A DNA stretch of 64,000 nucleotides from Candidatus Nomurabacteria bacterium (GTDB lineage: Bacteria > Patescibacteriota > Minisyncoccia > Phycocordibacterales > UBA9973): the NCBI GenBank assembly GCA_021413905.1, contig JAIOPO010000005.1, positions 81,271 through 145,270 of the forward strand, written 5' to 3'. Position numbers and translations under genes: made by a program. Position 1 is the stretch's first letter, and the number at the start of each line of letters is the position of its first letter. Of this stretch, positions 19,084 through 27,623 are shown in pieces. The notes below the pieces were generated by a model, which was given only the letters and a program-made list of their open reading frames with translations, had not been told where the DNA came from and did not search any database.

Positions 19084-19677
19084 TTATTCAACTAATTTCA
19101 AAGCTTTGATAATATCTTTATGGACATCTTCGACTGACTGTTCGCCATTTATTGAAAAAATTTCATAATTATTTTTATTTTTAAAATAATTCATTGAAGG
19201 CACCACATTGTTCACATATTCATCAAATCTTTTTTCCAAACCTTCTTTTGTATCATCATTCCTGCCACGCAACAAATTTCTTTTCATGGCTTCTTCACGT
19301 CCTACTTCAATATAAATAATTTTTATTTTATCTCTTTTAAAAAACTGCATAGTTGATTCAAAATTTTCAGACTGATCAAGAGTACGAGGATAGCCGTCAG
19401 CAATAAGATGTTTAGTATCGTCTAAATTAGAAATCAACATACTGTTGAAAATAGTATTTGTTAAAAAGTTAGGTTGAAGTTCACCACGAGACAAAGAATC
19501 TTTTATAAGATTTCCAACATAAGTTTCTGATGATATTAATTTCCTGTATTCATTACCCGGATAAACATAGACTACTTCTTTAGTATCTTTTGCTTTTAAT
19601 ACATCCATCAGAAGATTTATTTGAGTTCCCTTTCCGGAACCTACGATACCAAAAAATACGAAAGTTTCACTTTGCAT
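19084..19677 (-). CDS. adk: Adenylate kinase, short (LID-less) type
   Basis: GIVGSGKGTQ P-loop, DGYPRT, RGRNDD; upstream of map. Start placed at ATG 19677. Confidence 0.88.
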   Translation of the reverse strand: MQSETFVFFGIVGSGKGTQINLLMDVLKAKDTKEVVYVYPGNEYRKLISSETYVGNLIKDSLSRGELQPNFLTNTIFNSMLISNLDDTKHLIADGYPRTLDQSENFESTMQFFKRDKIKIIYIEVGREEAMKRNLLRGRNDDTKEGLEKRFDEYVNNVVPSMNYFKNKNNYEIFSINGEQSVEDVHKDIIKALKLVE

Positions 19678-19742
19678 AATAATTACAGAATACACCAAAA
19701 AGCTTGAATAATCAAGGTTTTTGTAATAGAATGAATCTTATA

Positions 19743-20315
19743 ATGAAAAAACAAATTATTACTCTAGCTGGAGCTCCTGGTAGTGGAAAATCAAGTACAG
19801 CAGATAAATTGGCAAAAGAATTAAATTATCAACGTTTTTCTTCTGGTGATTTTATGAGAAAAATTGCTCTTGATATGAGTATATCGTTAAATGAATTATC
19901 TACTTTGGCCGAAACAGACACGAGTATAGATGAAAAAATAGACGCTGAAGTCCAAAAAGCAAGGGAGATGAATAATGCTGTTATTGACTCACGACTAGCA
20001 TATCATTGGATACCTGAATCATTCAAGGTATACCTTTCTTTACCTGCAAATATAGCCAAAGAAAGAATTTTAAGTAATTTGAAAACAAATAAATTACGAC
20101 AAGAAAGCGAAGGTATTTCAAATGTAGAAGAAATATATAAAAAAATAACTCACAGAATGGAAAGCGAGAAAAAAAGATACAAAGAATTATATAACATAGA
20201 TCATACAGACAAAAATAACTTTGATTTGGTTATAGATACAAATGAAAACAACCTAAATAAAGTCGTTGAAACAATACTAAAAGAATATGAAAATTGGCAA
20301 AACAAAAAAGACTAG
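19743..20315 (+). CDS. cmk: Cytidylate kinase (archaeal-like type)
   Basis: ITLAGAPGSGKSS, SSGDFMR, IDSRLA, RYKELYNID, FDLVIDT. Start placed at ATG 19743. Confidence 0.88.
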   Translation: MKKQIITLAGAPGSGKSSTADKLAKELNYQRFSSGDFMRKIALDMSISLNELSTLAETDTSIDEKIDAEVQKAREMNNAVIDSRLAYHWIPESFKVYLSLPANIAKERILSNLKTNKLRQESEGISNVEEIYKKITHRMESEKKRYKELYNIDHTDKNNFDLVIDTNENNLNKVVETILKEYENWQNKKD

Positions 20316-20332
20316 CGAGGCTAGTCTTTTTT
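20304..20332. terminator. Bidirectional terminator between cmk and secY
   Basis: AAAAAAGACTAG-CGAGG-CTAGTCTTTTTT. Confidence 0.85.
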
Positions 20333-21604
20333 TTAATATTCTCTCATTGAGATTTGAGCATCTACTTTTTTGATTAAATCAAGCACTACCGAAACTACGA
20401 TAAGGAGAGCTGTACCACCGAGAGCTATAGCTGTGATACCTGTAGCAGCACGCATAATCAAAGGAAGGACAGCAATAATACCCAAAAATGTAGCACCCAT
20501 CATTGTAATACGATTTAATACTTTTGAAATATAAGCTGATGTTGAAGCTCCTGGACGAATGCCTGGAATAAATGCTCCATTTTTTTGAAGATTTGTAGAC
20601 AAAGCATCTGGATCAAAAGTAACAGCAGTATAAAAATATGTAAATAGAAAAACTAAAATAAAATACATAACAGAATATAACCAAGTTGTTTGTGAGAATG
20701 AAAGCAATGCATGAGATATTTTTCCAACTATTGCATTACTAGATGTTGAAAGAAAAGTTCCAATCATTTGAGGAAAAAGCAATATAGACAAAGCAAAAAT
20801 TATCGGTATCACACCAGCTTGATTCACTCGAAGTGGCAAATATGTAGAACCTCCACCATAAACTTTTGAGCCACGAATTTGTTTTGCATAAGTAACAGGG
20901 ATTGGTCTTTCAGCTTCAGTCACAATCACCACTCCAGCGATAACAGCAATACCTAAAACTACAAACAAAATATACAATGGTATTTGCGATACATCAAAAG
21001 TAAAAAGCATTTGACTAACATGTGTCGGAATAGCAGATACGATACCAGCAAAAATAATCAAGGAAACACCATTACCTATACCGAATTCAGAAACTAATTC
21101 ACCAATCCACATCAACAAGATAGAACCAGCAATAACAACGATGATATTTGTTATACGAGAAAACATATTCAAATCTCCTAAAATATGCTGATTTTGTAGT
21201 ATAGCCAAAAGACTAAAACCTTGAATGGCAGCCAAAGGTATAGTGATCATTCTTGAATATTGAGTAAATTTCTTTCTGCCTATTTCCCCTTCTTCATGGT
21301 AAAGCTTTTTCAAAGCAGGAATCATGATAGTCAAAAGTTGCATTATGATAGAAGAAGTAATGTATGGTCCAACTCCAAGCATAATAATAGACAAATTTGA
21401 AAGTCCACCTCCAGAAAAAATATTCAAAACACCGAAAAATTGATTGTTATTCAAGAATTGATTTAATGCTACTGTGTCAATACCCGGTATTGGAATAGCA
21501 GCGAGTAATCTAAAAACAATCAAGATGAAAAATACGAACAAGATCTTTTTTCGCAAAACAGCGTCTGTCCATATTAATTTCATTTTATTCCAAAAATTTT
21601 GCAT
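20333..21604 (-). CDS. secY: Preprotein translocase SecY
   Basis: LGVGPYITSSIIMQLL, GIGNGVSLIIFAGI, NQAGVIPIIFA, FIPGIRPG. Confidence 0.98.
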   Translation of the reverse strand: MQNFWNKMKLIWTDAVLRKKILFVFFILIVFRLLAAIPIPGIDTVALNQFLNNNQFFGVLNIFSGGGLSNLSIIMLGVGPYITSSIIMQLLTIMIPALKKLYHEEGEIGRKKFTQYSRMITIPLAAIQGFSLLAILQNQHILGDLNMFSRITNIIVVIAGSILLMWIGELVSEFGIGNGVSLIIFAGIVSAIPTHVSQMLFTFDVSQIPLYILFVVLGIAVIAGVVIVTEAERPIPVTYAKQIRGSKVYGGGSTYLPLRVNQAGVIPIIFALSILLFPQMIGTFLSTSSNAIVGKISHALLSFSQTTWLYSVMYFILVFLFTYFYTAVTFDPDALSTNLQKNGAFIPGIRPGASTSAYISKVLNRITMMGATFLGIIAVLPLIMRAATGITAIALGGTALLIVVSVVLDLIKKVDAQISMREY

Positions 21605-21605
21605 A

Positions 21606-21923
21606 CTATCTTATTTTTATTTTTCCTCCTTTCAACTTCATGTCTTTACGAATTTGAGAGAATTTTGTTCCAACACCTTTTTTAAAAGAATCACCAGCTT
21701 TTTCTTTATCAATAGTGATTGTTTTACGGAAAGATTTAAATCTATAACCACGATTTTTTGGCAACTTCTTGATAATATCACGAAGTTCCGGGCGACGCTT
21801 GTTACCAGCACGAGCTGTTTGACCCTTACCTCCACGACCGGAAGTTTTCGCGTGTTTACCACCGCGTCCTACGATGCGGTCTTTTTTATTTTTATGTAAT
21901 CTTTTTAAATTATTTATTTGCAT
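21606..21923 (-). CDS. rplO: 50S ribosomal protein uL15 (short, 105 aa)
   Basis: VGRGGKHAKTSGRGGKGQTARAG and KLPKNRG; lies before secY. Confidence 0.93.
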   Translation of the reverse strand: MQINNLKRLHKNKKDRIVGRGGKHAKTSGRGGKGQTARAGNKRRPELRDIIKKLPKNRGYRFKSFRKTITIDKEKAGDSFKKGVGTKFSQIRKDMKLKGGKIKIR

Positions 21924-21929
21924 AAAATT

Positions 21930-22526
21930 TTATGAATTAACTTTTTCTTGTTCTTTTCCAGCAATGACTACAGTTTCGGGTACAGCCTTTGTGTATTTTT
22001 TAGAAATAGATGACAATGCTTCCATCACAGCTTTTGCATTGTTTAATTTATTTTTACTACCTGACAATATCTTTCCTGTAACGTCTTTGATACCTGCTAA
22101 TTTTACAATGTCATGAATAACAGAACCGACAACCAATCCGCGTCCTTTATTTGGCATAAGTTTCACAGATGAACTGGAGAACTTTGCGGAAACTTCATGA
22201 GGTAAAGACATTGTTTTTGTCAAAGAAACTTTAACCATATTTTTCTTTGCATTTCTCAAAGCTTTGTTTATAGCCAAAGAAGTATCACCTGCTTTACCGA
22301 GACCAAGACCGATAGCTCCTTTTTTATCTCCCGCAATCAATGCGACAGAGAAAGAGAATCTGCGTCCTCCTGCAACAACACGAGTAACACGACGAATATC
22401 CAAAATCTTTTGATCAAATTCCGGCTTTGGTCTTTCAAAAGAAGAAGAACGACGTTCTGGTCTGCCTCCTCTTGCTCCTGCTCTAGGATTTGAATTTGTA
22501 TTATTTTGTGTTTTATCTTTATCCAT
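21930..22526 (-). CDS. rpsE: 30S ribosomal protein uS5
   Basis: RRVTRVVAGGRRFSFS. Confidence 0.97.
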   Translation of the reverse strand: MDKDKTQNNTNSNPRAGARGGRPERRSSSFERPKPEFDQKILDIRRVTRVVAGGRRFSFSVALIAGDKKGAIGLGLGKAGDTSLAINKALRNAKKNMVKVSLTKTMSLPHEVSAKFSSSSVKLMPNKGRGLVVGSVIHDIVKLAGIKDVTGKILSGSKNKLNNAKAVMEALSSISKKYTKAVPETVVIAGKEQEKVNS

Positions 22527-22535
22527 ATATTTTAA

Positions 22536-22877
22536 TTAAAATTTCAAACCGGAAGCTCTTGCTTCATCAGCTACTAATTTAATACGGCCTGTATATTTGA
22601 AACCATTTCTATCAAAAACAACTGTATCCATTTTTTTAGAAATAGCCAATTCTGCAATCATCTTACCTACTTGTTTTGCTCTTTCTGATTTTGTACCTTT
22701 TGTAATTTTAACATCATTTGCTTGCATCAAAGTCTTGCCGACAGTATCATCGATAATTTGAGCATAGATAAATTTATTTGATCTAAAAACAGAAAGACGT
22801 GGGCGCTCTGTAGTACCTGAAATCTTTGATCTGATTTTTGCTTTTAATCTTGTTCTTTTTTCGTCTTTTTTAATCAT
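22536..22877 (-). CDS. rplR: 50S ribosomal protein uL18
   Basis: RPRLSVFRSNKFIYAQIIDD, VVFDRNGFKYTGRI. Confidence 0.97.
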   Translation of the reverse strand: MIKKDEKRTRLKAKIRSKISGTTERPRLSVFRSNKFIYAQIIDDTVGKTLMQANDVKITKGTKSERAKQVGKMIAELAISKKMDTVVFDRNGFKYTGRIKLVADEARASGLKF

Positions 22878-22895
22878 AAATTTATTTTAATTAAA

Positions 22896-23429
22896 CTATG
22901 CTGTTTTCTTACCTTGTTTTCTTCTGATAACTTCACCTTCATAACGCATACCTTTACCTTTATATGGTTCCGGTTTCTTTAATGCGCGAACACTTGCTGT
23001 AAATGAACCTACCAATTCTTTATCAATACCTGTGACTGTGATATTGTTTTTTTCAGCTGTTGCAGTAAGCCCTTCAGGAATTGCGACAATAACAGAATGA
23101 GAAAAACCAAGAGCTAAATGTAATTCTTTTCCTTTAACTTCTGATTTAAAACCAACTCCTTCTAAAATCAATTTCTTTACATATGGTGTTTGAACTCCAG
23201 CAATCATATTTTTTATATGTGAAGCATAAGTTCCCCATAGAGATTTTGAAAATTTGTCATTTCTTTTTATATTTAAAGTAATGATCTTATCAGCTATAGT
23301 GATAGTGATATCATCACGGAAAGTTTTTGTTAAAGTTCCTTTTGGACCTTTAACTGTCAAAATAGCATCATTCTTTATGACTTCTACTCCTGTCGGTATT
23401 ATTATTTCTTGTTTTCCTATTCTTGACAT
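22896..23429 (-). CDS. rplF: 50S ribosomal protein uL6
   Basis: MSRIGKQ, PEPYKGKGMRY. Confidence 0.97.
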   Translation of the reverse strand: MSRIGKQEIIIPTGVEVIKNDAILTVKGPKGTLTKTFRDDITITIADKIITLNIKRNDKFSKSLWGTYASHIKNMIAGVQTPYVKKLILEGVGFKSEVKGKELHLALGFSHSVIVAIPEGLTATAEKNNITVTGIDKELVGSFTASVRALKKPEPYKGKGMRYEGEVIRRKQGKKTA

Positions 23430-23441
23430 ATATTTATTTGA

Positions 23442-23828
23442 CTACCAAATTTTAAATAAAGCTTCACCACCGACTTGTTCTTTGCGAGCTTGTTTACCGG
23501 ACATAATTCCTTTTGGTGTTGATAATACCAACAAACCTGAACCGTTGCGAACTGTGTGTATATCTTTCATTCCAAAATAAACTCTTTTTGATTGTTTTGA
23601 TACTCTTTCGACATCTGCTATTTTTGGTTTTTTGTCTACGTAAACCAAAGATACTTCCAATACAGGATGACCTTTTTTAGTCTTTTTTGAAAAATCTGAA
23701 ATATATCCTTCTTTCTTTAAACATTCAGCAATAGCATTTTTCATTTTTGAATACGGAAAAGAAGCTGTCTCATGTCCTGCAAGACTTGCATTCTTCATCA
23801 TTATTAACATGTTTGAAATTATATCCAT
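23442..23828 (-). CDS. rpsH: 30S ribosomal protein uS8
   Basis: DIISNML, LSTPKGIM, VGGE. Confidence 0.97.
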   Translation of the reverse strand: MDIISNMLIMMKNASLAGHETASFPYSKMKNAIAECLKKEGYISDFSKKTKKGHPVLEVSLVYVDKKPKIADVERVSKQSKRVYFGMKDIHTVRNGSGLLVLSTPKGIMSGKQARKEQVGGEALFKIW

Positions 23829-23842
23829 ATTTTTTTATTTAT

Positions 23843-24028
23843 TTACCAACTTGATTTTCTAATACCCGGAAGCATACCTTCGTTTGCCAATTCTCTGAAA
23901 CAAATACGACAAAGACCGAAATCTCTCATAAAGCCGTTACCGCGGCCACAACGAAAACATCGATTTTTTTGTCGACTTGAAAATTTTGGTGTCTTTTTTG
24001 ATCTTGCTACTACTGATGTTTTTGCCAT
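23843..24028 (-). CDS. rpsN: 30S ribosomal protein uS14, Zn-binding type
   Basis: RCFRCGR..LCRICFRE..GIRKSSW. Confidence 0.97.
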   Translation of the reverse strand: MAKTSVVARSKKTPKFSSRQKNRCFRCGRGNGFMRDFGLCRICFRELANEGMLPGIRKSSW

Positions 24029-24040
24029 ATAAATTTAATT

Positions 24041-24182
24041 GGGAGTGCTCTGTTAATATCACATTTCTTTTCTTATTTCTTCAAAAATACATATGTATCC
24101 TGAAAAGATAAGGAGAAAAACGGATTAATCAAAACCATATTCCCTTACTCCCTATACTAGCAGATTGCCCTAAAATAGTCAA
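24041..24182 (-). promoter_or_regulatory. rpsN promoter and long stem-loop leader
   Basis: TTGACT-N17-TAGTAT (24182-24154), then an imperfect hairpin of about 110 nt with the palindromic tip ATACATATGTAT. Confidence 0.6.
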
Positions 24183-24206
24183 ATAAAAAATCTCCATGTA
24201 AGTTTC

Positions 24207-24788
24207 CTAAACATGACGATTTAAAAATTCATTTCTCATACCTGCAAATGCAACCGCAGCAGAAAAAATCTGACAAATAGCTATAAAAGGTGACCCTGTT
24301 TCAATCATCAAATAAGTTACTAATAAATGAGTAAATAAGTAACTAATCCAACCAATAATATTAACGGTCTTTTTATTAAGAGCCAAAAAAATAGTTCCGA
24401 CAAGTCCACCTAAGACAGAAAAAAATTGAATTAAAACTAAATTCTCATTTATTGCTTGAATTAAAAAGAAAATACAAACAACTGTAGTAATAGTAAAAAT
24501 AACAATTTTAAAAATAAGATTCCATTTTTTTAAAACTTTATTTAAATTATGTTTTTTTACAGAACTTGAAACTAAATATCCGTAAATCATAATAAAAATT
24601 AAAGCTACATCATATACCACCATAATCCATAGATTACCCCTATCTTCTAACACCATTTGAAGATAAAAATATATCGTAATTGTTATGGTTCCTAAAATTC
24701 CAAGACTCCAACCAATCGTCTTCTTTTTAAAAACAAAATATTTGTTCAATAAAAGAAGCAATGCGGAAATAATTTGCAATGCTAGCAT
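24207..24788 (-). CDS. Membrane protein with duplicated 3-TM unit, PnuC-like transporter candidate
   Basis: About six TM helices; the halves share KK..IGW (KKKTIGWSLG / KKTVNIIGWIS). Inserted between rplE and rpsN. Confidence 0.55.
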   Translation of the reverse strand: MLALQIISALLLLLNKYFVFKKKTIGWSLGILGTITITIYFYLQMVLEDRGNLWIMVVYDVALIFIMIYGYLVSSSVKKHNLNKVLKKWNLIFKIVIFTITTVVCIFFLIQAINENLVLIQFFSVLGGLVGTIFLALNKKTVNIIGWISYLFTHLLVTYLMIETGSPFIAICQIFSAAVAFAGMRNEFLNRHV

Positions 24789-24809
24789 TCTTTCAACTTT
24801 TTAATTTTA

Positions 24810-24897
24810 CCTACTCTTTAGTTTTTCGGCGAACACTAGTCGGGTTTCAATGAACCTTATCTGTGTATATGATAGCATATTGTTAATAAAAAGTCAA
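24810..24897 (-). repeat. 88-bp promoter plus leader element, copy 1
   Basis: 84/88 identical to 33183-33270. Contains TTGACT-N17-TATCAT followed by a structured leader. Confidence 0.92.
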
Positions 24898-24903
24898 ATA
24901 CAG

Positions 24904-24931
24904 CATAAAATCCCCTTTCGGGGATTTTATG
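24904..24931 (-). terminator. Intrinsic terminator after rplE
   Basis: Plus strand CATAAAATCCCC-TTTC-GGGGATTTTATG. Confidence 0.8.
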
Positions 24932-24944
24932 GTAGAGTCAATTT

Positions 24945-25511
24945 TTATTTTTTCTTTTTAACTTCTTCTTTCTTGAAAGGAATTCCTAAAATTTCAAAAA
25001 ATGCAGTGCCTTCAGCTTTTGTTTTTGCAGTAGATACAAAAGTGATAGCCATACCGAAAACATCTTTAATATCTTCATCTGCTGTTTCCGGGAAAATAGT
25101 ATGTTCTTTGATACCCATTGAAAGATTACCGATATTGTCTACTCCACTGCGATTAATACCACGAAAGTCTTTTGTACGAGGAAGAGCGACGTTGATCAAT
25201 TTTTCAATAAAAGCAAACATTCTTTTTCCACGTAGAGTAACCACAACACCGACAGGGTCTCCTTGACGGATTTTAAAAGAAGCAATGGATTGCTTTGCTC
25301 CTTTTTTAGTTGGCTTTTGTCCAGTGATTTTCGCAAGACGATCAGCAATAGCGTCATTTTTATTTTTATCTTTTTTGACTGCAGTACCTGTGCCTACATT
25401 CAAAACAATCTTTTTTAATTTTGGTGCAGCCATTACATTCTTGTAACCAAAATTAGCTTTCATTAATTCAAAAGCTTTTTCTTCTTTTTCTTTTACAGTT
25501 AAATGTTTCAT
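24945..25511 (-). CDS. rplE: 50S ribosomal protein uL5
   Basis: KIVLNVG, ITGQKP, FKIRQG, LPRTKDFRG. Confidence 0.97.
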   Translation of the reverse strand: MKHLTVKEKEEKAFELMKANFGYKNVMAAPKLKKIVLNVGTGTAVKKDKNKNDAIADRLAKITGQKPTKKGAKQSIASFKIRQGDPVGVVVTLRGKRMFAFIEKLINVALPRTKDFRGINRSGVDNIGNLSMGIKEHTIFPETADEDIKDVFGMAITFVSTAKTKAEGTAFFEILGIPFKKEEVKKKK

Positions 25512-25520
25512 ATATTTAAA

Positions 25521-25826
25521 TTAAATTTCTTGATTACTTTTTCTCGCGATACGGACCATTTTACCGCCAACTTCTTTTTTACCAATTCTTGAAGCCTTGC
25601 CTGTTTTTGGATCTGCAATCATAACATTTGAAGCATGTATAGGCATAGGAATATCTAGCATTTGACCTTTCTCACCAGACTTTCTAGGACGTTGATGTTT
25701 CTTCATCATATTCAAACCTTCAACAACCACTCTGTTTTTAGTTACCAAAACACGAGTAATTTTACCTTTTTTACCTTTGTCTTTTCCTGTTACCACTATT
25801 ACATTGTCTCCTTTTTTTAATTTCAT
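25521..25826 (-). CDS. rplX: 50S ribosomal protein uL24
   Basis: KKGDNVIVVTGKDKGKKG, PIHASNV. Confidence 0.97.
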   Translation of the reverse strand: MKLKKGDNVIVVTGKDKGKKGKITRVLVTKNRVVVEGLNMMKKHQRPRKSGEKGQMLDIPMPIHASNVMIADPKTGKASRIGKKEVGGKMVRIARKSNQEI

Positions 25827-25840
25827 ATATTTTAAATTAA

Positions 25841-26212
25841 TTAAATTACTTCCGGTGCTAAAGAGATTATCTTTTGGAAACCTTTTTCAGCTAATTCTCT
25901 TGGCATTGGTCCGAATACACGTCCTGCTTTCGGATCTTTTTTTCCTTTTTCTAAAATAACAACAGCGTTATCATCAAAACGAATATATGAACCGTCCTTT
26001 CTGCGGTAAGCACTACGTGTGCGGACAACAACAGCTTGGTGGACATCTTTCTTTTTTATCGCTTTTCTTGGTGAAGCAACTTTTACAGAAATCATAACAA
26101 GCTCTCCGATAGATGCATATCTTTTGTGAGCACTACCTAAAACCTTGAACACTTTTCCTATTGTTCCTCCTCCATTATCTGTTATTTTTACCAATGTTTC
26201 TGTTTGTATCAT
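25841..26212 (-). CDS. rplN: 50S ribosomal protein uL14
   Basis: MIQTET, IRFDDNAVV, RVFGP, ISLAPEV. Confidence 0.97.
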   Translation of the reverse strand: MIQTETLVKITDNGGGTIGKVFKVLGSAHKRYASIGELVMISVKVASPRKAIKKKDVHQAVVVRTRSAYRRKDGSYIRFDDNAVVILEKGKKDPKAGRVFGPMPRELAEKGFQKIISLAPEVI

Positions 26213-26218
26213 AAAATT

Positions 26219-26482
26219 TTATTTAACAACTTTAAATTTCTTATCTTTTGAAATAGGTCTTGTTTGTACTATTTCAACAGTATCCCCTACTTTATATTTA
26301 TTATTTTCATCATGTGCTTTAAATTTCTTATTCACTTGATAAAATTTTCCATATTTTGGGTGCTTAATAAGACGCGCAACTGAAACAACAACAGTCTTGT
26401 CCATCTTGTCTGACACGACCACTCCTTTTAGAGCGCCTTTCAGATTTTCTGTATTCTCTTGTATGTTGTCTTTGTTTTTCAT
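26219..26482 (-). CDS. rpsQ: 30S ribosomal protein uS17
   Basis: [28 protein letters not shown]. Confidence 0.97.
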   Translation of the reverse strand: MKNKDNIQENTENLKGALKGVVVSDKMDKTVVVSVARLIKHPKYGKFYQVNKKFKAHDENNKYKVGDTVEIVQTRPISKDKKFKVVK

Positions 26483-26504
26483 AAATATATATTATTTGTT
26501 AAAA

Positions 26505-26933
26505 TTATTTCTTGTGAACTCTCGCTACGATTCTTGTCTTTAATGGAAGTTTTGTTCCGGCTTTTCTGAGGGCTTCGCGAGCAATAGCTTCATCTACTCC
26601 ATCAACTTCAAAAATTATGCGTCCAGGGAAAACTTCGAAACAATAACCTTGTGGATCTCCTTTTCCCTTACCCATGCCCACTTCTGCTGCTTTAGCTGTA
26701 TATGGTCTGTCTGGAAAAATTCTTATCCAGTATTTTCCGGCCTTTGTTAAAGCGCGAGACATAGCCTTACGAGCAGATTCAATTTGATTTGATTTAACAC
26801 GAGCTTGGCTTTCTGATTTCAAAGCGAAAGAACCGAAAGCTATTTTTGTGCCACGTGTATCGGCTGTCATAGCCTTTGGGTTCATACGCATTGTATGCCA
26901 CTTTCTAAATTTTACTTTTTTAGGTACCAACAT
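26505..26933 (-). CDS. rplP: 50S ribosomal protein uL16
   Basis: MLVPKKVKFRK, WIRIFPD, MGKGKG. Confidence 0.97.
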   Translation of the reverse strand: MLVPKKVKFRKWHTMRMNPKAMTADTRGTKIAFGSFALKSESQARVKSNQIESARKAMSRALTKAGKYWIRIFPDRPYTAKAAEVGMGKGKGDPQGYCFEVFPGRIIFEVDGVDEAIAREALRKAGTKLPLKTRIVARVHKK

Positions 26934-26938
26934 ATAAT

Positions 26939-27619
26939 TTATTTATTTTCTTCTGTTTTCTTTTTTTCAGAAAAAATCTTACCACGATAAATCCAAACCT
27001 TTATGCCGACATCTCCATAAGGTAAGTGTGCTTTTTCTCTCTTGAAATCAATATCCGCGCGGAAAGTCTGAAGAGGGATACTACCTTTCTTAAGCTCTTC
27101 CGTACGAGCAATTTCAGCACCGCCCAATCTTCCTGAAAGCACAACTCTCGCTCCTTCTACTCCGCGAGCAGTCATAACTTTTTCAATAACTTGTTTGATA
27201 ACACGTCTGTATGGCATTCTCTTTTCCAATCCTTCAGCAATCATATAAGCTACAATAGCTGCATCAGCTTCTGGATTTGGAACTTCAATAATCTCCAACT
27301 TGAAATCTTCTGACTTAGGCAAATTTAATTTTGCCATTTTTTTCAAAATTTCTTCTTTTAATTTTGTAGCGCCTTCACCATTTCTGCCGATAATAAGACC
27401 TGGACGTGAAGTACGAATCATAAAACGTGTAGTTTTTTGACTTCTTTCTATTTCAATAGTTGAAATATACATACCACGCAATTTCTTTTCCAAATATTCA
27501 CGAATGAGCACATCACCCTTTAGATAATCACAGTATTTTTTAGGATCAGCAAACCAACGAGATTTCCAATCTCTTAATATTACCAATCTATGCGCATATG
27601 GGTGAACTATTTTTGACAT
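26939..27619 (-). CDS. rpsC: 30S ribosomal protein uS3
   Basis: RPGLIIGRNG, SGRLGGAEIARTE, PLQTFRADID. Confidence 0.97.
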   Translation of the reverse strand: MSKIVHPYAHRLVILRDWKSRWFADPKKYCDYLKGDVLIREYLEKKLRGMYISTIEIERSQKTTRFMIRTSRPGLIIGRNGEGATKLKEEILKKMAKLNLPKSEDFKLEIIEVPNPEADAAIVAYMIAEGLEKRMPYRRVIKQVIEKVMTARGVEGARVVLSGRLGGAEIARTEELKKGSIPLQTFRADIDFKREKAHLPYGDVGIKVWIYRGKIFSEKKKTEENK

Positions 27620-27623
27620 AAAA

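Noticed and set aside
24810-24860. preQ1-I or fluoride riboswitch call for the duplicated leader (GGTTC..AAAAACTAA; GTGTTCGCC)
   Set aside because: Only short words match. The preQ1 P1 stem around GTTC and the fluoride GGCGATG..TGATG..CTAC elements are absent.
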